From IMG/VR virus record IMGVR_UViG_3300032327_000460, positions 8,422 through 72,421 of that record: a stretch of DNA of 64,000 nt. One strand, written 5' to 3'. A model generated the notes under the pieces. It was not told where the DNA came from, did not search any database, and saw only the letters and a list, made by a program, of their open reading frames with translations. Shown one piece after another: positions 48,185 through 58,076 of this stretch; within the stretch, counting starts at the first letter, position 1; each line of letters begins with the position of its first letter. This DNA comes from a virus (lineage: Duplodnaviria; Caudoviricetes). A program made the translations under genes and the position numbers.

Positions 48185-48849
48185 TTGCCGAAACGCTTAC
48201 GCATATATGATGCGGCTCGCTCATTGTTTTGATCCCAACGAATAACTGCACGTACAGTTTGTCTATCTACAATATCGGCTTCTTTGAGCATTGCCCCACG
48301 CAATTTGCCTTCTGCATTGTTACGAATGCTCTCACTCAGTGTACGTACAACTTCATTATTATTCTCACGCACTGCAAAGTTAGTATCCTTTGATGCATCT
48401 TGATCACTCATTTCAACTACTTCGTCAGCACTAATACGATTCTTAATACGGTCTTGAGCTTTCTCTACATTCTTGGTAATAGTATTGGCAAAGTTACTAG
48501 AACTAACGCCCTCATTCATAAAACGAATTAATCGTGCTTTAGCATCCATTTCTGCGGCAATAAACGCTCGTTCACGCAATGCCTCGCTATTGCCAAAACT
48601 GTTTGCATATCCTGTAACTTCAATTGATTGAATATTACCCTTGACACACATTGCGTCGGTCATGCCAAACATGCCTGTTCCCCAAGCACATGACCATTCA
48701 ATTTTAATACCCTGTCGTTTAAAGCTTGAAGTAAGTTTTTGTGCATTGATAGCAGTGATTGGAGCAGACTCCACACTTGCATTTTTGTTAGTTGACGAAC
48801 ATCCAGCCAACACTAATGCTACTGAGATCGCTAAAAGTTTGAATTTCAT
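48181..48849 (-). CDS. lipoprotein (LPP20-like)
   Basis: Lipobox LAGC; AFIAAEMDAKARL; promoter TTGACA 48905-48910 / TATAAT 48882-48887. Confidence 0.55.
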   Translation of the reverse strand: MKFKLLAISVALVLAGCSSTNKNASVESAPITAINAQKLTSSFKRQGIKIEWSCAWGTGMFGMTDAMCVKGNIQSIEVTGYANSFGNSEALRERAFIAAEMDAKARLIRFMNEGVSSSNFANTITKNVEKAQDRIKNRISADEVVEMSDQDASKDTNFAVRENNNEVVRTLSESIRNNAEGKLRGAMLKEADIVDRQTVRAVIRWDQNNERAASYMRKRFGN

Positions 48850-48906
48850 ATTGACCTTATAAGGTAGTTAAAGATAGACTTATTATACACTATCTTTAAT
48901 TATTTG

Positions 48907-50649
48907 TCAACGATTTTGGTTGATTTTGTTAATTTTTAGGTAATCTTCTATCTGAGATTTTTCGTTTTCGGATAGTAATTCAGGGTCGTACTCACCCTTT
49001 TCAAGTACTTCTATTAAGTATTCAAGGTATTTGGTGTTATAAAGGTATGTATTGGATGTTTCCTTATTGATGTTTATCCAATTACCACCATCAAATTTGT
49101 AAACCTTATTTGGTAAAACGTCTACCCTAGTGAATATATCACCCTTATCAGCCACATCCGGAAATTTAGTTCCAAAACTACTATTAACGGGTTTATTAGC
49201 ATCAGCCGATAATCTTAAAAATTCAGGATGCATACTAAATAATGCATCTTTGTTCATATGCTTACCCTCAAATGAAACATATCCTCCGGGCAATTCCCTA
49301 TAAGGTAAGTCTTGTTTCACTTCCATGGCGTGAATGTCTTCAATTTTAATTTCTGTGTCAGCAGTAATTTCATCATTAAATGGTTCATCCAATGTGAGTT
49401 CCAGTTGTTCATTTATTACAGTTGATTCCGAAATAGGGTCTGTTTCAGATTTGTATACTACTGGTTGTAAGTTTTCAAAATGAGAGAACCCGTTATTCAA
49501 ATAAGGATGTTGTTCTAATATAGACTTTTCTGGTTCAGCAGTTTTAATTTTGTCATCTGGCTCTACGAATATCCATTCTACGCCGTTGGTATTATCCAGT
49601 ATAACGCACTCTGTGTTAGGGCAGAAATTACCTATACCGGGTGCATTTAACAATTCTGTACCACATTGATAGCAGTTTATTGGTTCTTCTGGTAACAATT
49701 CTGATTTAGTAATCAATTCACTGTCTGATACGTCATCTGTAACAGATTCTTTTATCTGTGAGATTTGTTCTTCCGTTAATGTCCCATCATCTGGTTCATA
49801 CTTAGAATCTACAATTTCCTCTTGTTCTTGTATTGGTTTTTCTACTGCATCAGCCACAATGTCTGATGATGCCAAGACTTTACTTTCTTTTTCTTCTCTA
49901 GCCCATCGAATACTTTGTTGAGCCGCCAAGATCAATACAAGTGCAAGTGGGTCAAACACTGCCACAATAATAATGATAACAAGTCGTACTGCTTTGTCTA
50001 ATATATCGGCATCTGGGTTATCACCGTATACCAATGCCGCAATATATTTTAATGGTCCAACTTCGGCTTCAACGTTACGTATCTCGGCGGCAATAGGCGC
50101 ACGGGCCTCATTGAGTTCCGCGATAGACTTTTGCGACTGTGATATTTCATTTTGAATGCGACTACGTTCTTTCTGCTGGGACTTACGCATAGCCACTGCT
50201 CTTTCAGCACCCGTTTCTGTTGTTGAGCGACCCAATACTTGATCCACTCCCTCATCCATCTGTTTAAGTGCCTTACGGTTTGCTTCAATATTCTCTTTTT
50301 CGGTTTTGATTTTTTCATCATATACTGCAATCTTTGCTTGTACATCACCGGATACTAAACCAGAGTCACTGTGTGCTTTACTAAGATATCCAAAACATCC
50401 AATACTGGTTAAAAGCATAAGGATAGCAACAGCGGGAACTAGGTACATCTTGTATACCCATGAAGCACGGTGCCAATTTAGTTTTAGCCATACAGCCGCG
50501 GTTATTTTACCAACACCTAATGCCGCACCCATAATTACAATGGGCCAGAAAGCCGATGAAAAAATTGCTGTTAGTCCAATAATACTGTAGTATTCGGCAA
50601 TTGAACTAATGATTAGTGCCACTAATAGGGTAAAGTATCCGTATATCAT
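48907..50649 (-). CDS. multi-TM coiled-coil protein with acidic tail and CxxC...C motif
   Basis: SIAEYYSIIGL, EAEVGPLKYIA, AVFDPLAL; late box 50660-50666. Confidence 0.6.
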   Translation of the reverse strand: MIYGYFTLLVALIISSIAEYYSIIGLTAIFSSAFWPIVIMGAALGVGKITAAVWLKLNWHRASWVYKMYLVPAVAILMLLTSIGCFGYLSKAHSDSGLVSGDVQAKIAVYDEKIKTEKENIEANRKALKQMDEGVDQVLGRSTTETGAERAVAMRKSQQKERSRIQNEISQSQKSIAELNEARAPIAAEIRNVEAEVGPLKYIAALVYGDNPDADILDKAVRLVIIIIVAVFDPLALVLILAAQQSIRWAREEKESKVLASSDIVADAVEKPIQEQEEIVDSKYEPDDGTLTEEQISQIKESVTDDVSDSELITKSELLPEEPINCYQCGTELLNAPGIGNFCPNTECVILDNTNGVEWIFVEPDDKIKTAEPEKSILEQHPYLNNGFSHFENLQPVVYKSETDPISESTVINEQLELTLDEPFNDEITADTEIKIEDIHAMEVKQDLPYRELPGGYVSFEGKHMNKDALFSMHPEFLRLSADANKPVNSSFGTKFPDVADKGDIFTRVDVLPNKVYKFDGGNWININKETSNTYLYNTKYLEYLIEVLEKGEYDPELLSENEKSQIEDYLKINKINQNR

Positions 50650-50704
50650 TTGTCACTTTTATTTATGCGAATTGTCTGGCAATTCTACTTGACTAAACTA
50701 CATA

Positions 50705-50932
50705 TTATGGGAATAGGTGACCATAATGTTCGTGAAACTGATTCCATTCTAATACGAACTTGGCAGGAACTCCTGGGCCCGTATTTGTTGAATACGTAAC
50801 CCAGTATTGTTCTTCATCACGGCGTTTAATTTGAACGACAGTAATACTATTACCATCTTCGAATGTGTAGGTCTTACCCACACATCGTTGCATTTCTTCC
50901 GTCATCATAGTACTTTGCCAATACCCATCCAA
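50705..50932 (-). CDS. hypothetical protein
   Basis: ORF track. Confidence 0.5.
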   Translation of the reverse strand: MDGYWQSTMMTEEMQRCVGKTYTFEDGNSITVVQIKRRDEEQYWVTYSTNTGPGVPAKFVLEWNQFHEHYGHLFP

Positions 50933-51129
50933 ATCAGCCGATCCAGGTCAAGTTGATAGTCCTGCCCAAGTCTACGCTTTTCATAGATAATCTGCAGGAT
51001 CTCTTTGCCATCACCGAACCCCGGTTCAACTCCTGCACCTCGGCTTTCTAATTCTTCAATTAAGTCATCAGTGTCAAAATCTGACAAGTCAACTTCAACT
51101 TCAACTTCGGTGTAAATTGTTTTATACAT
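50905..51129 (-). CDS. hypothetical protein
   Basis: ORF track. Confidence 0.55.
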   Translation of the reverse strand: MYKTIYTEVEVEVDLSDFDTDDLIEELESRGAGVEPGFGDGKEILQIIYEKRRLGQDYQLDLDRLIWMGIGKVL

Positions 51130-51137
51130 GATTAATC

Positions 51138-52232
51138 TTATTTTGTATTATGGTATATATCAAACCGTGACCACTGTCCACGCCAGTTATCATGTTCACT
51201 GTCCATACCTTCATCACTTAGTTCTTCACCGTCGTATACTAATCGTGTGACTACACTTGTGCCTTCAATGTCCCAGTTGAGTGCTTTAAGTTTCTTAGGT
51301 TCAAATACACCCTCAATACTTGTTTGAATACAAGAACCTTTGCCACCTTGTGTCCACATCAACCAATAGCCCTTACCCAAATGTTCTGGATATAATTCTT
51401 CTACTTCTTCTGTAGCATCATAAAGACTATCTTCTTCCCCGTGTGCTTCACCAAAGAATGATTCCAAATCACCTTCATAGATAGTTTCACCTTCGCTATT
51501 CTCAATAGTCATGTGAGTATCATCTTGGTCAAAGCCCCAAAATGAATGTTTACCCTGATACTCATAGTAAGGCAAGTCAAACTGTGCGGCTTTAGGAGTA
51601 CCATTTTCTTCGTAATCATAGTTTTCGTTAAGGGCATCACTCAAATCATCTTCGTGTTCTTCACTACTCCAATGTTCGTATTGTGCCTTCTTAATCTTAT
51701 GTACACCAATCTCACGTGTACGACCCCAGATACGAATTGTATAGGTATCTTCGGGATAACTTTCTTTTAATGAGCCATCATCGTCATCATCGTTTGCAAA
51801 GGGCCATTTAGCAGTTTCTACAAAATCGCTATCTGGAGTAGGCCAGTGTGTAGAAGTTTTATCTTCAGTTGACAATGTTTCAAACTCTCTTTTAAGTTCT
51901 TCAAGGTCTGCTTCCAAATCAGCCTCATTAACTGGTTCCCCTACATTGTACCAACTTGACTCATCACCTAGTTCATAGGTAACATCATATCCACCTTTAC
52001 GGTCAGTCCAGCAGTCATCATATTGAAATTCCCATTCAATCTCTACATCATTTTCATGTGCATCATTGATAACTTCTTCGTAATCAACTTCACCTGATTG
52101 AATGTCTGTGAGTTTTTTTGCAATCTCATCCTCATCCAAATCAGGGTAGATTTCACTTAATAGTGCTTCATCAAGTTCAATAGCATATTGGCGATCATGT
52201 TGATGCCATTCATGTTTTACGATTGTTACCAT
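51138..52232 (-). CDS. very acidic hypothetical protein
   Basis: 364 aa, Asp/Glu-rich. Confidence 0.65.
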   Translation of the reverse strand: MVTIVKHEWHQHDRQYAIELDEALLSEIYPDLDEDEIAKKLTDIQSGEVDYEEVINDAHENDVEIEWEFQYDDCWTDRKGGYDVTYELGDESSWYNVGEPVNEADLEADLEELKREFETLSTEDKTSTHWPTPDSDFVETAKWPFANDDDDDGSLKESYPEDTYTIRIWGRTREIGVHKIKKAQYEHWSSEEHEDDLSDALNENYDYEENGTPKAAQFDLPYYEYQGKHSFWGFDQDDTHMTIENSEGETIYEGDLESFFGEAHGEEDSLYDATEEVEELYPEHLGKGYWLMWTQGGKGSCIQTSIEGVFEPKKLKALNWDIEGTSVVTRLVYDGEELSDEGMDSEHDNWRGQWSRFDIYHNTK

Positions 52233-52242
52233 GGTAATTTCC

Positions 52243-52482
52243 TTATTTAAAATATTTCACATCTTTGTGTTTAACAATTATAACATTGTATATTGTATTT
52301 TCAAACTTAATTGGCAAATCTAAATGCACACTAATACGAGGGCCCTCGGTCTCATTAACCAATGTGTCGTTGCCGACAGTACCAACAAAAGGAATTTTAT
52401 TCCATTTGCCAAAAACGCGGTCACCGATATCGTATTTTGATTGATATCGGTGTAGCTTGAAATATTCAGCTAGACTAGGCAT
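52243..52482 (-). CDS. hypothetical protein, paralog of 62610..62891
   Basis: SLAEYF...YQSKY...GTVGNDT...GPRISVHLDLPIK. Confidence 0.6.
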   Translation of the reverse strand: MPSLAEYFKLHRYQSKYDIGDRVFGKWNKIPFVGTVGNDTLVNETEGPRISVHLDLPIKFENTIYNVIIVKHKDVKYFK

Positions 52483-52752
52483 TTATTTAACTCCAAAATG
52501 TTTTTTACTTTTTTCTACCAATTTGGTAAAGTGTAAAATCTTACCTTCGTGCCATGCAACATCAAAATCATTACAGGCTGTAGATTTATATCCTTCAACT
52601 AGTTCAATTTCTGTTTTCAAAATGCCAATAAATTCCTGCACAATCAACTCGGCGAACTTTTCTAATTCGTCAGTGTAGAATTGATACACGCCTAGATTTT
52701 GTTTATGTGTTGAACCAGCCTCGTCAGCAAGTTCTCGAATTCGTTCGTTCAT
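52483..52752 (-). CDS. MNERI...KFAELIV family small protein, copy 1
   Basis: Shared start, middle and HFGV end with copies 2 and 3. Confidence 0.65.
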   Translation of the reverse strand: MNERIRELADEAGSTHKQNLGVYQFYTDELEKFAELIVQEFIGILKTEIELVEGYKSTACNDFDVAWHEGKILHFTKLVEKSKKHFGVK

Positions 52753-52755
52753 ACC

Positions 52756-52941
52756 TTATCCCTTTTGTGGTTCTAGACAATATTTTTCATCCAACTGGTT
52801 AATGTTGGTAAATCCCATTCTCAACCAAAGTCGTTCTCGCATAGTCAACCAATGCGGTGTTCCATCACGGCAAATCAACAACGGTCCATCAATGTGATTC
52901 CATTTGATATGTGGTTCGCTATCTGCTGTATATTGAATCAT
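52756..52941 (-). CDS. hypothetical protein
   Basis: ORF track. Confidence 0.5.
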   Translation of the reverse strand: MIQYTADSEPHIKWNHIDGPLLICRDGTPHWLTMRERLWLRMGFTNINQLDEKYCLEPQKG

Positions 52942-53144
52942 TCTTCAACTCCGAAATGTTCTTTCATTCCCTTAGATAAATCCTCTCGCCAAAGAACATT
53001 GAAGTCTCTAACATAATCTTCATTGAAATATCTAACACATTCCCGAACAATCAACTCGGCGAACTTTTTAGAATTAAACCAAGGAGGACCGTACTGTCGT
53101 GCTTCCCAGCACTGTGCTTCAAGTTCATTAATTCGTTCGTTCAT
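52938..53144 (-). CDS. MNERI...KFAELIV family small protein, copy 2
   Basis: 32-nt identity 53037-53068 with 56327-56358. Confidence 0.65.
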   Translation of the reverse strand: MNERINELEAQCWEARQYGPPWFNSKKFAELIVRECVRYFNEDYVRDFNVLWREDLSKGMKEHFGVEE

Positions 53145-53923
53145 TTTCCATTCTTTCGTTTGATGACAATGTTTACCTTAAACCCTGCTTCTTTTGTTGC
53201 TTTGTATTTCGCTAAGTTCTTTTGTTTGTATTTGGTCCAGGTGTATAACGACTTCACTTCAATTATTTGATTAAGTTTAGGAAGATATATGTCAGGGTAA
53301 TATCTACAAATTTTTCCTTCAAATTCATATTGAATGTGAGGAACATTACCAGGACCTGTTATTATATCATCTTCGTGTATACCTGCTTTCAACAAATCTT
53401 CAATTACTAGATTTTCAAACCCTTGATACCTAATTGTTTTACCACTTGCTAATGTCATTGTTTTGGTCGAATACTCTGACTTTGCCCTAGATACAAACGC
53501 CTTATGAAAAATGTCAACATTCTTTGTGGGATTGTCAACACCATATTTTTCAGTCCAAGTCACTTTTCTTCTTTCTGAAAACTCAGAAGTCTTATTATAA
53601 CTGTCTACGCCATATTTGTCAACCATTGTCACTTTTCGTTTAGCATCAATGATTTCCCATTTGTCTTTTATTTTTTGTGCTATTGCCGGTGCTTTAGATG
53701 GGTTATCAACGCCGTATTTTTCTATCCAGGTCTTTTTCTTCCGTTCTTGGACATCGCTCATTTGACTTACATTAGTAACGCCGTACTTCTTTAACAAAGT
53801 CTGTTTTTTCTTTTCCTGAACACCTGGACATTTTTTGACACTCTCTAAACAACACCATTTCTTTGACTTCTCATTAAAGAAAAAACCTTCACCACTACAC
53901 CCATATTCACAAGTATGTTTCAT
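53141..53923 (-). CDS. free-standing putative homing endonuclease (KYGVxN repeats plus PD-(D/E)xK domain)
   Basis: Four K-YGV-N repeats; YYPDIYLPKLNQIIEVKS; late box 53940-53946 and GGAGG RBS. Confidence 0.6.
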   Translation of the reverse strand: MKHTCEYGCSGEGFFFNEKSKKWCCLESVKKCPGVQEKKKQTLLKKYGVTNVSQMSDVQERKKKTWIEKYGVDNPSKAPAIAQKIKDKWEIIDAKRKVTMVDKYGVDSYNKTSEFSERRKVTWTEKYGVDNPTKNVDIFHKAFVSRAKSEYSTKTMTLASGKTIRYQGFENLVIEDLLKAGIHEDDIITGPGNVPHIQYEFEGKICRYYPDIYLPKLNQIIEVKSLYTWTKYKQKNLAKYKATKEAGFKVNIVIKRKNGK

Positions 53924-53969
53924 AATACCTCCGTACATATATTTATGCCTTTGAGGGTATTATGATGGT

Positions 53970-55319
53970 TTATTTATCTTCTCTGAATGTTTTGAATCTC
54001 GGGAATCGCAATGAATAACTACCATCTTGGTTTCGGGTTATGGCGTCCGCTAAAACGACAGCAGTCTGACCAATAACACTATTTTTGTCATCCCAATATG
54101 CTTGCCGTTCTTCATCCGTATAACCTGAACCAACATTGACTGTTATATGCTTACCATCGTCAACACCCTCGCAAACAAGGGCGCCCATACGACCAATATT
54201 CTTGCCAGTACCTTCTTCAACACCAATAACTGTCAAATCATAATCATAGACGGGTTTATATTTCATCCACGAGGTACTTCGTTTACATTCATAAGGTGCA
54301 TCAGTTGCTTTTACCATTACACCTTCAAATCCGTCAGCAACCATATCTTTGCAATACCGATTGAATTGATCCTTGCCGGCAGCGGTGTCAAGGTCAACCA
54401 TAATGTGCGGCAATAGTTCAACATTAGGCATATTGTGAATCACAGGACGCATGTTATCAAGCAGTGCAATTCGCCTACGCAGTTGAGCATTCCAGTGACC
54501 ACGCCTAAAGTCTTGTAGTGGGATAACATCAAAGATATTAAACACACTGTCATCGGCTTGCACATCACTCTTGCGGCGCGCCTGTCGCATCAGTTCTTGG
54601 AATGTATTGCCGATTACCTCACCATCTAATACAAAACCTTCCATAAGACTACGACCTTGATCTACCCCTGCACATGCACGAACCAATGTCAAAAAGTTGT
54701 TGCGAATCTGTTCTTCGATGTGACCAAAGTTGTCAAACTGTTTGCCGTTGCGACTAAAACAAATGACAGTAATTTCTCCGTCATCACTAGGAATAACCAT
54801 GAACAATGCACGAACACCATCTAATTTAGGCTCAAGGCGCTTAGTGCCCTTCATTTCAGGACGACCTTCACTGTTAGTTGCAAGTTGACAACCAAAGATT
54901 GGAATCTCGTAATCAGTACCTTTACAAATTTTGTTGATTGTTTTATCACTAATGCCTGCCCGCATGTCTCTACGCAATACAGGAGCACAGAATGTATTCC
55001 ATTCTTCACTGTCAAAACGCTCTGCCATTTCTTGAATAGCATCACGTGCGGCATGACCTGTCAATCTACGTTGACTAAGTTGTAGCAGTAGTTCATTGAA
55101 TTCAGTCCAGGGATTTTCTGCATCAGTGATACCTACTGTATCAGTAATCTGTTTGACACCAAATGTCACGTATGGATTATAGCAGGCTTTGAGAAAACCC
55201 AAAAACACTTGACTGTTTGTGCTACCGAGGACACTTGCTTCTAGTGCTTGTTTGATAACATCTTCCTTATGCAGGCGGCTATCTGATTCATTTAATTTTC
55301 TTACCCACGATGCTGACAT
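53970..55319 (-). CDS. ATP-dependent DNA ligase
   Basis: EPKLDGVR (adenylated Lys), LDGE, FEGVMVK, WMKYKP, VGSG, LRFPRF. Confidence 0.95.
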   Translation of the reverse strand: MSASWVRKLNESDSRLHKEDVIKQALEASVLGSTNSQVFLGFLKACYNPYVTFGVKQITDTVGITDAENPWTEFNELLLQLSQRRLTGHAARDAIQEMAERFDSEEWNTFCAPVLRRDMRAGISDKTINKICKGTDYEIPIFGCQLATNSEGRPEMKGTKRLEPKLDGVRALFMVIPSDDGEITVICFSRNGKQFDNFGHIEEQIRNNFLTLVRACAGVDQGRSLMEGFVLDGEVIGNTFQELMRQARRKSDVQADDSVFNIFDVIPLQDFRRGHWNAQLRRRIALLDNMRPVIHNMPNVELLPHIMVDLDTAAGKDQFNRYCKDMVADGFEGVMVKATDAPYECKRSTSWMKYKPVYDYDLTVIGVEEGTGKNIGRMGALVCEGVDDGKHITVNVGSGYTDEERQAYWDDKNSVIGQTAVVLADAITRNQDGSYSLRFPRFKTFREDK

Positions 55320-55323
55320 TTTT

Positions 55324-55809
55324 TTATCCTGAGAATGGCCACGCTATTGTTGCTTCAAATGGTGGACGCTGTTTAAGTTCTACTGTTTCAATGCTTGAAT
55401 TATACACGTCCTCGTCAATTTTGTCAACTGTAAAAGGTCCGTAAATAGTAACACTATCGTAGTCAACTAGCCAATCATGTTCTCCGTCATATAACCATCC
55501 TGCGCCACCATCGTCCCATGATTGTTCAATCTCGGCCTTTTCCTCTTCAGTAAAGGATTCATCGAATTCAAAATCTACTGCGCAAAGGTCTTCAAGTTCA
55601 CAACCCCAACCCAAACTAGGATCCACTGTATGTTCTTTGTCATCAATGTAAGGGAGATCCGACTCATCCTCAACGAACCCTTGACCCCAACGATATAGTT
55701 CAGTAACACTCCAACTACGGATATTACCTTGACCATCTTTACTGTAAACATCATAAAATGCTTCAATTGATTTTTTATCTGCTGGTTTGATACGATATAG
55801 TATTGCCAT
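55324..55809 (-). CDS. acidic hypothetical protein
   Basis: ORF track. Confidence 0.6.
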   Translation of the reverse strand: MAILYRIKPADKKSIEAFYDVYSKDGQGNIRSWSVTELYRWGQGFVEDESDLPYIDDKEHTVDPSLGWGCELEDLCAVDFEFDESFTEEEKAEIEQSWDDGGAGWLYDGEHDWLVDYDSVTIYGPFTVDKIDEDVYNSSIETVELKQRPPFEATIAWPFSG

Positions 55810-55817
55810 AACATTCC

Positions 55818-56213
55818 TTAATATAAATGAGGTTCAACTGTGTACTCATCTTTTAGTATCTTCCAAACTTCTTCCTCTTTTGTAAAGACTAAACTAGTCT
55901 GTTCTAAAATAATCCTTCGTTGTTCCGAGTTAAGATTAGTCCACGCCTTGACTTTTTCATAACTTCCATATGCTTCTTCTGGCATAGTATCACGCATCCA
56001 ACCAACTAGTGACTTAAACGCTTCAACAGTGTTTAATGGATGACTATGTAAGATTGCGCTTGCAAAATCATTAGCAAGGACACTTGAAAAACAACTACCC
56101 GGTGTGTACCCAAACACAAGATAGTTGTAGAAAGGTTCCGCAAAATCCTTAGGCACATTCCAAAGATGAAATGTCTTCATGAGTTTGTGTTTACTGTATT
56201 TTGATATGTTCAT
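55818..56213 (-). CDS. hypothetical protein
   Basis: PGSCFSSVLANDF...EEAYGSYEKVKAW. Confidence 0.6.
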   Translation of the reverse strand: MNISKYSKHKLMKTFHLWNVPKDFAEPFYNYLVFGYTPGSCFSSVLANDFASAILHSHPLNTVEAFKSLVGWMRDTMPEEAYGSYEKVKAWTNLNSEQRRIILEQTSLVFTKEEEVWKILKDEYTVEPHLY

Positions 56214-56443
56214 TCTTCAACTCCGAACTTGTGTTTAATTTCCGCTACACAATCTCTACGGAAAGCATCTTCAATCTGGTCACGATAATCTTTGTAACCA
56301 GGTGATATACCTTCTACAGTACTGATACATTCCCGAACAATCAACTCGGCGAACTTTTCAGCAAATACAGGATGGTAATATAGAAGGTCATCACCATCTA
56401 TTTCAGAAGCCTGTTCAGCAAGTTGCTTGATTCGTTCGTTCAT
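56210..56443 (-). CDS. MNERI...KFAELIV family small protein, copy 3
   Basis: Shared motifs and nucleotide identity with copy 2. Confidence 0.65.
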   Translation of the reverse strand: MNERIKQLAEQASEIDGDDLLYYHPVFAEKFAELIVRECISTVEGISPGYKDYRDQIEDAFRRDCVAEIKHKFGVEE

Positions 56444-56546
56444 TCTACTACCTGATATTTTGAGTAAGGATATGTTTCAATCAGCCACTCTAGCAGTTCT
56501 GCACTATAGGGTAGTCTGATTGAATCGTATTTATTTGTGATATACA

Positions 56547-56957
56547 TCACCAGCTACTGTTATAAAACACTTTGAGACCCAAAAACAATTCTGCTTTAGC
56601 ATTAACGCAAAACTTAAGGTCTTCTTCATAATAAGCATTATCAGCCGGTTTTCCAAAAAAGAAACCTTCGGTGAATGGTAGTTGCCCGTACGTCACTGCT
56701 CGTTCGAGATTATCAACATCTTTCCATGTCAATTCAAGTTCAACACCATTGAATGTACCTGTATTACCCCGGCTCTTCCAAAGTTTTTCCATCCAACCAT
56801 GAAGTGAAGGATGTTTGCGCCAGTACGCAATTTCACGTGGTTTACCTACAGTCGTACTTACAAACTCATCAGTAGTTGTATCAAACTCAGCAGTTTCATA
56901 AAATTCATCTTGTTGACCTTTTCTACTGGCAACATAAGCATACATATCTAGACCCAT
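56547..56957 (-). CDS. conserved phage hypothetical protein
   Basis: MGLDMY...YWRKHPSLHGWM...YNSSW. Confidence 0.7.
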   Translation of the reverse strand: MGLDMYAYVASRKGQQDEFYETAEFDTTTDEFVSTTVGKPREIAYWRKHPSLHGWMEKLWKSRGNTGTFNGVELELTWKDVDNLERAVTYGQLPFTEGFFFGKPADNAYYEEDLKFCVNAKAELFLGLKVFYNSSW

Positions 56958-57086
56958 TTACTTCACCTGTTCCTGTGACACTTCTTTAACCTTATTAACA
57001 CCGTTGTCAAGCATTCGTGCAATACCACTAAAACCGACAGTTGAAACAACAATACCAAGAATAAAACCAATTAATAGTTTTGACAT

Positions 57087-57743
57087 TTAGATTACCTTTA
57101 CACGATTAAGTTGAGTTGTATTAGGGTTGTTCTGTACTTTGACAGTACCTTGAATAGAAATTGTCTTACCAACTTCTAATTTATTTTTAATAGCAAAGAA
57201 CAACACTTGGTCTTCGCTAGTAATACATGTAGCAAAATGTGTTCCCCACTTTTCTGAATATACACACTTCAATACCTCGATGTTGGCAACTTGAATTTTA
57301 TTACCAACGGTGCCAATGTAGCCGCCACGTGCAAAATTGATACGCTGTTCTACTGATTGGCGTTCAACGCCTCGTTCGTAACATGAGGGTAAACTAGCAA
57401 TAACTGCAACATCATAACTGCTTTCAATAACTTCACGATTGGCAAGCAACATTGCGGTATTATCAAACTCATTAAGGCGTTTACCTTGCAAGATTTTGAA
57501 AGTATATGCTTGATAGAAGGCACGAACCTTTTTGCCTTGCTCCATATCTTCTTCGGTAATCAAGTTGGCATCAACCATTAAGCCTTCAACCATTTGACGA
57601 TTGGATATTTTGTTTAAACCGTTGTCAGATTCAGACAACACGCTCAACTTAACATAACTACCGTTGATTCGTTGAGCCATGCAAGCCGCACCCCACACAT
57701 TCTCGGCATTAAGATTAAGAACAGGTTTCTGATTGCGAGCCAT
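57087..57743 (-). CDS. hypothetical protein with OB-fold-like C-terminus
   Basis: GTVKVQNNPNTTQLNRVKV terminus. Confidence 0.5.
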   Translation of the reverse strand: MARNQKPVLNLNAENVWGAACMAQRINGSYVKLSVLSESDNGLNKISNRQMVEGLMVDANLITEEDMEQGKKVRAFYQAYTFKILQGKRLNEFDNTAMLLANREVIESSYDVAVIASLPSCYERGVERQSVEQRINFARGGYIGTVGNKIQVANIEVLKCVYSEKWGTHFATCITSEDQVLFFAIKNKLEVGKTISIQGTVKVQNNPNTTQLNRVKVI

Positions 57744-57752
57744 GACTACTCC

Positions 57753-58010
57753 TTAAGCAAATTCGTAAAACTTAACAGATGGGTCCAACTTTTTCAAATC
57801 ACGTGCCGCACCAGTCAATGCACGATACCGGGCCTGAACCTGACTACGGGGCAGTTCACCATCACAAGTTAAATTCTCAGGGCTAAGATCGCAGTCGATA
57901 CAGTCGGCAACTTCCTGACGACCTTTAACAGTTTTAATTTCGTATTGACGCCCTTTGAACATTGCGTTCCATTGATTCTTACGGTCGATGTATGCTTGTA
58001 ATGCTTTCAT
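57753..58010 (-). CDS. hypothetical early protein
   Basis: LSPENLTCDGE; behind promoter cassette. Confidence 0.65.
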   Translation of the reverse strand: MKALQAYIDRKNQWNAMFKGRQYEIKTVKGRQEVADCIDCDLSPENLTCDGELPRSQVQARYRALTGAARDLKKLDPSVKFYEFA

Positions 58011-58011
58011 G

Positions 58012-58073
58012 TTTAACTCCTGTTGTTTGACTGTTTAAGATTCTATTATATACCCAAACCGATTTATTGTCAA
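58012..58073 (-). repeat. conserved early promoter plus RBS cassette, copy D
   Basis: TTGACA 58068-58073, TATAAT 58045-58050; one mismatch to copy A over about 60 nt. Confidence 0.9.
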
Positions 58074-58076
58074 CCT

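Noticed and set aside
3947-58073. Dispersed repeats as IS ends, att sites or CRISPR repeats
   Set aside because: They contain -35/-10 boxes and an RBS and always precede a start codon; no transposase or integrase in the window
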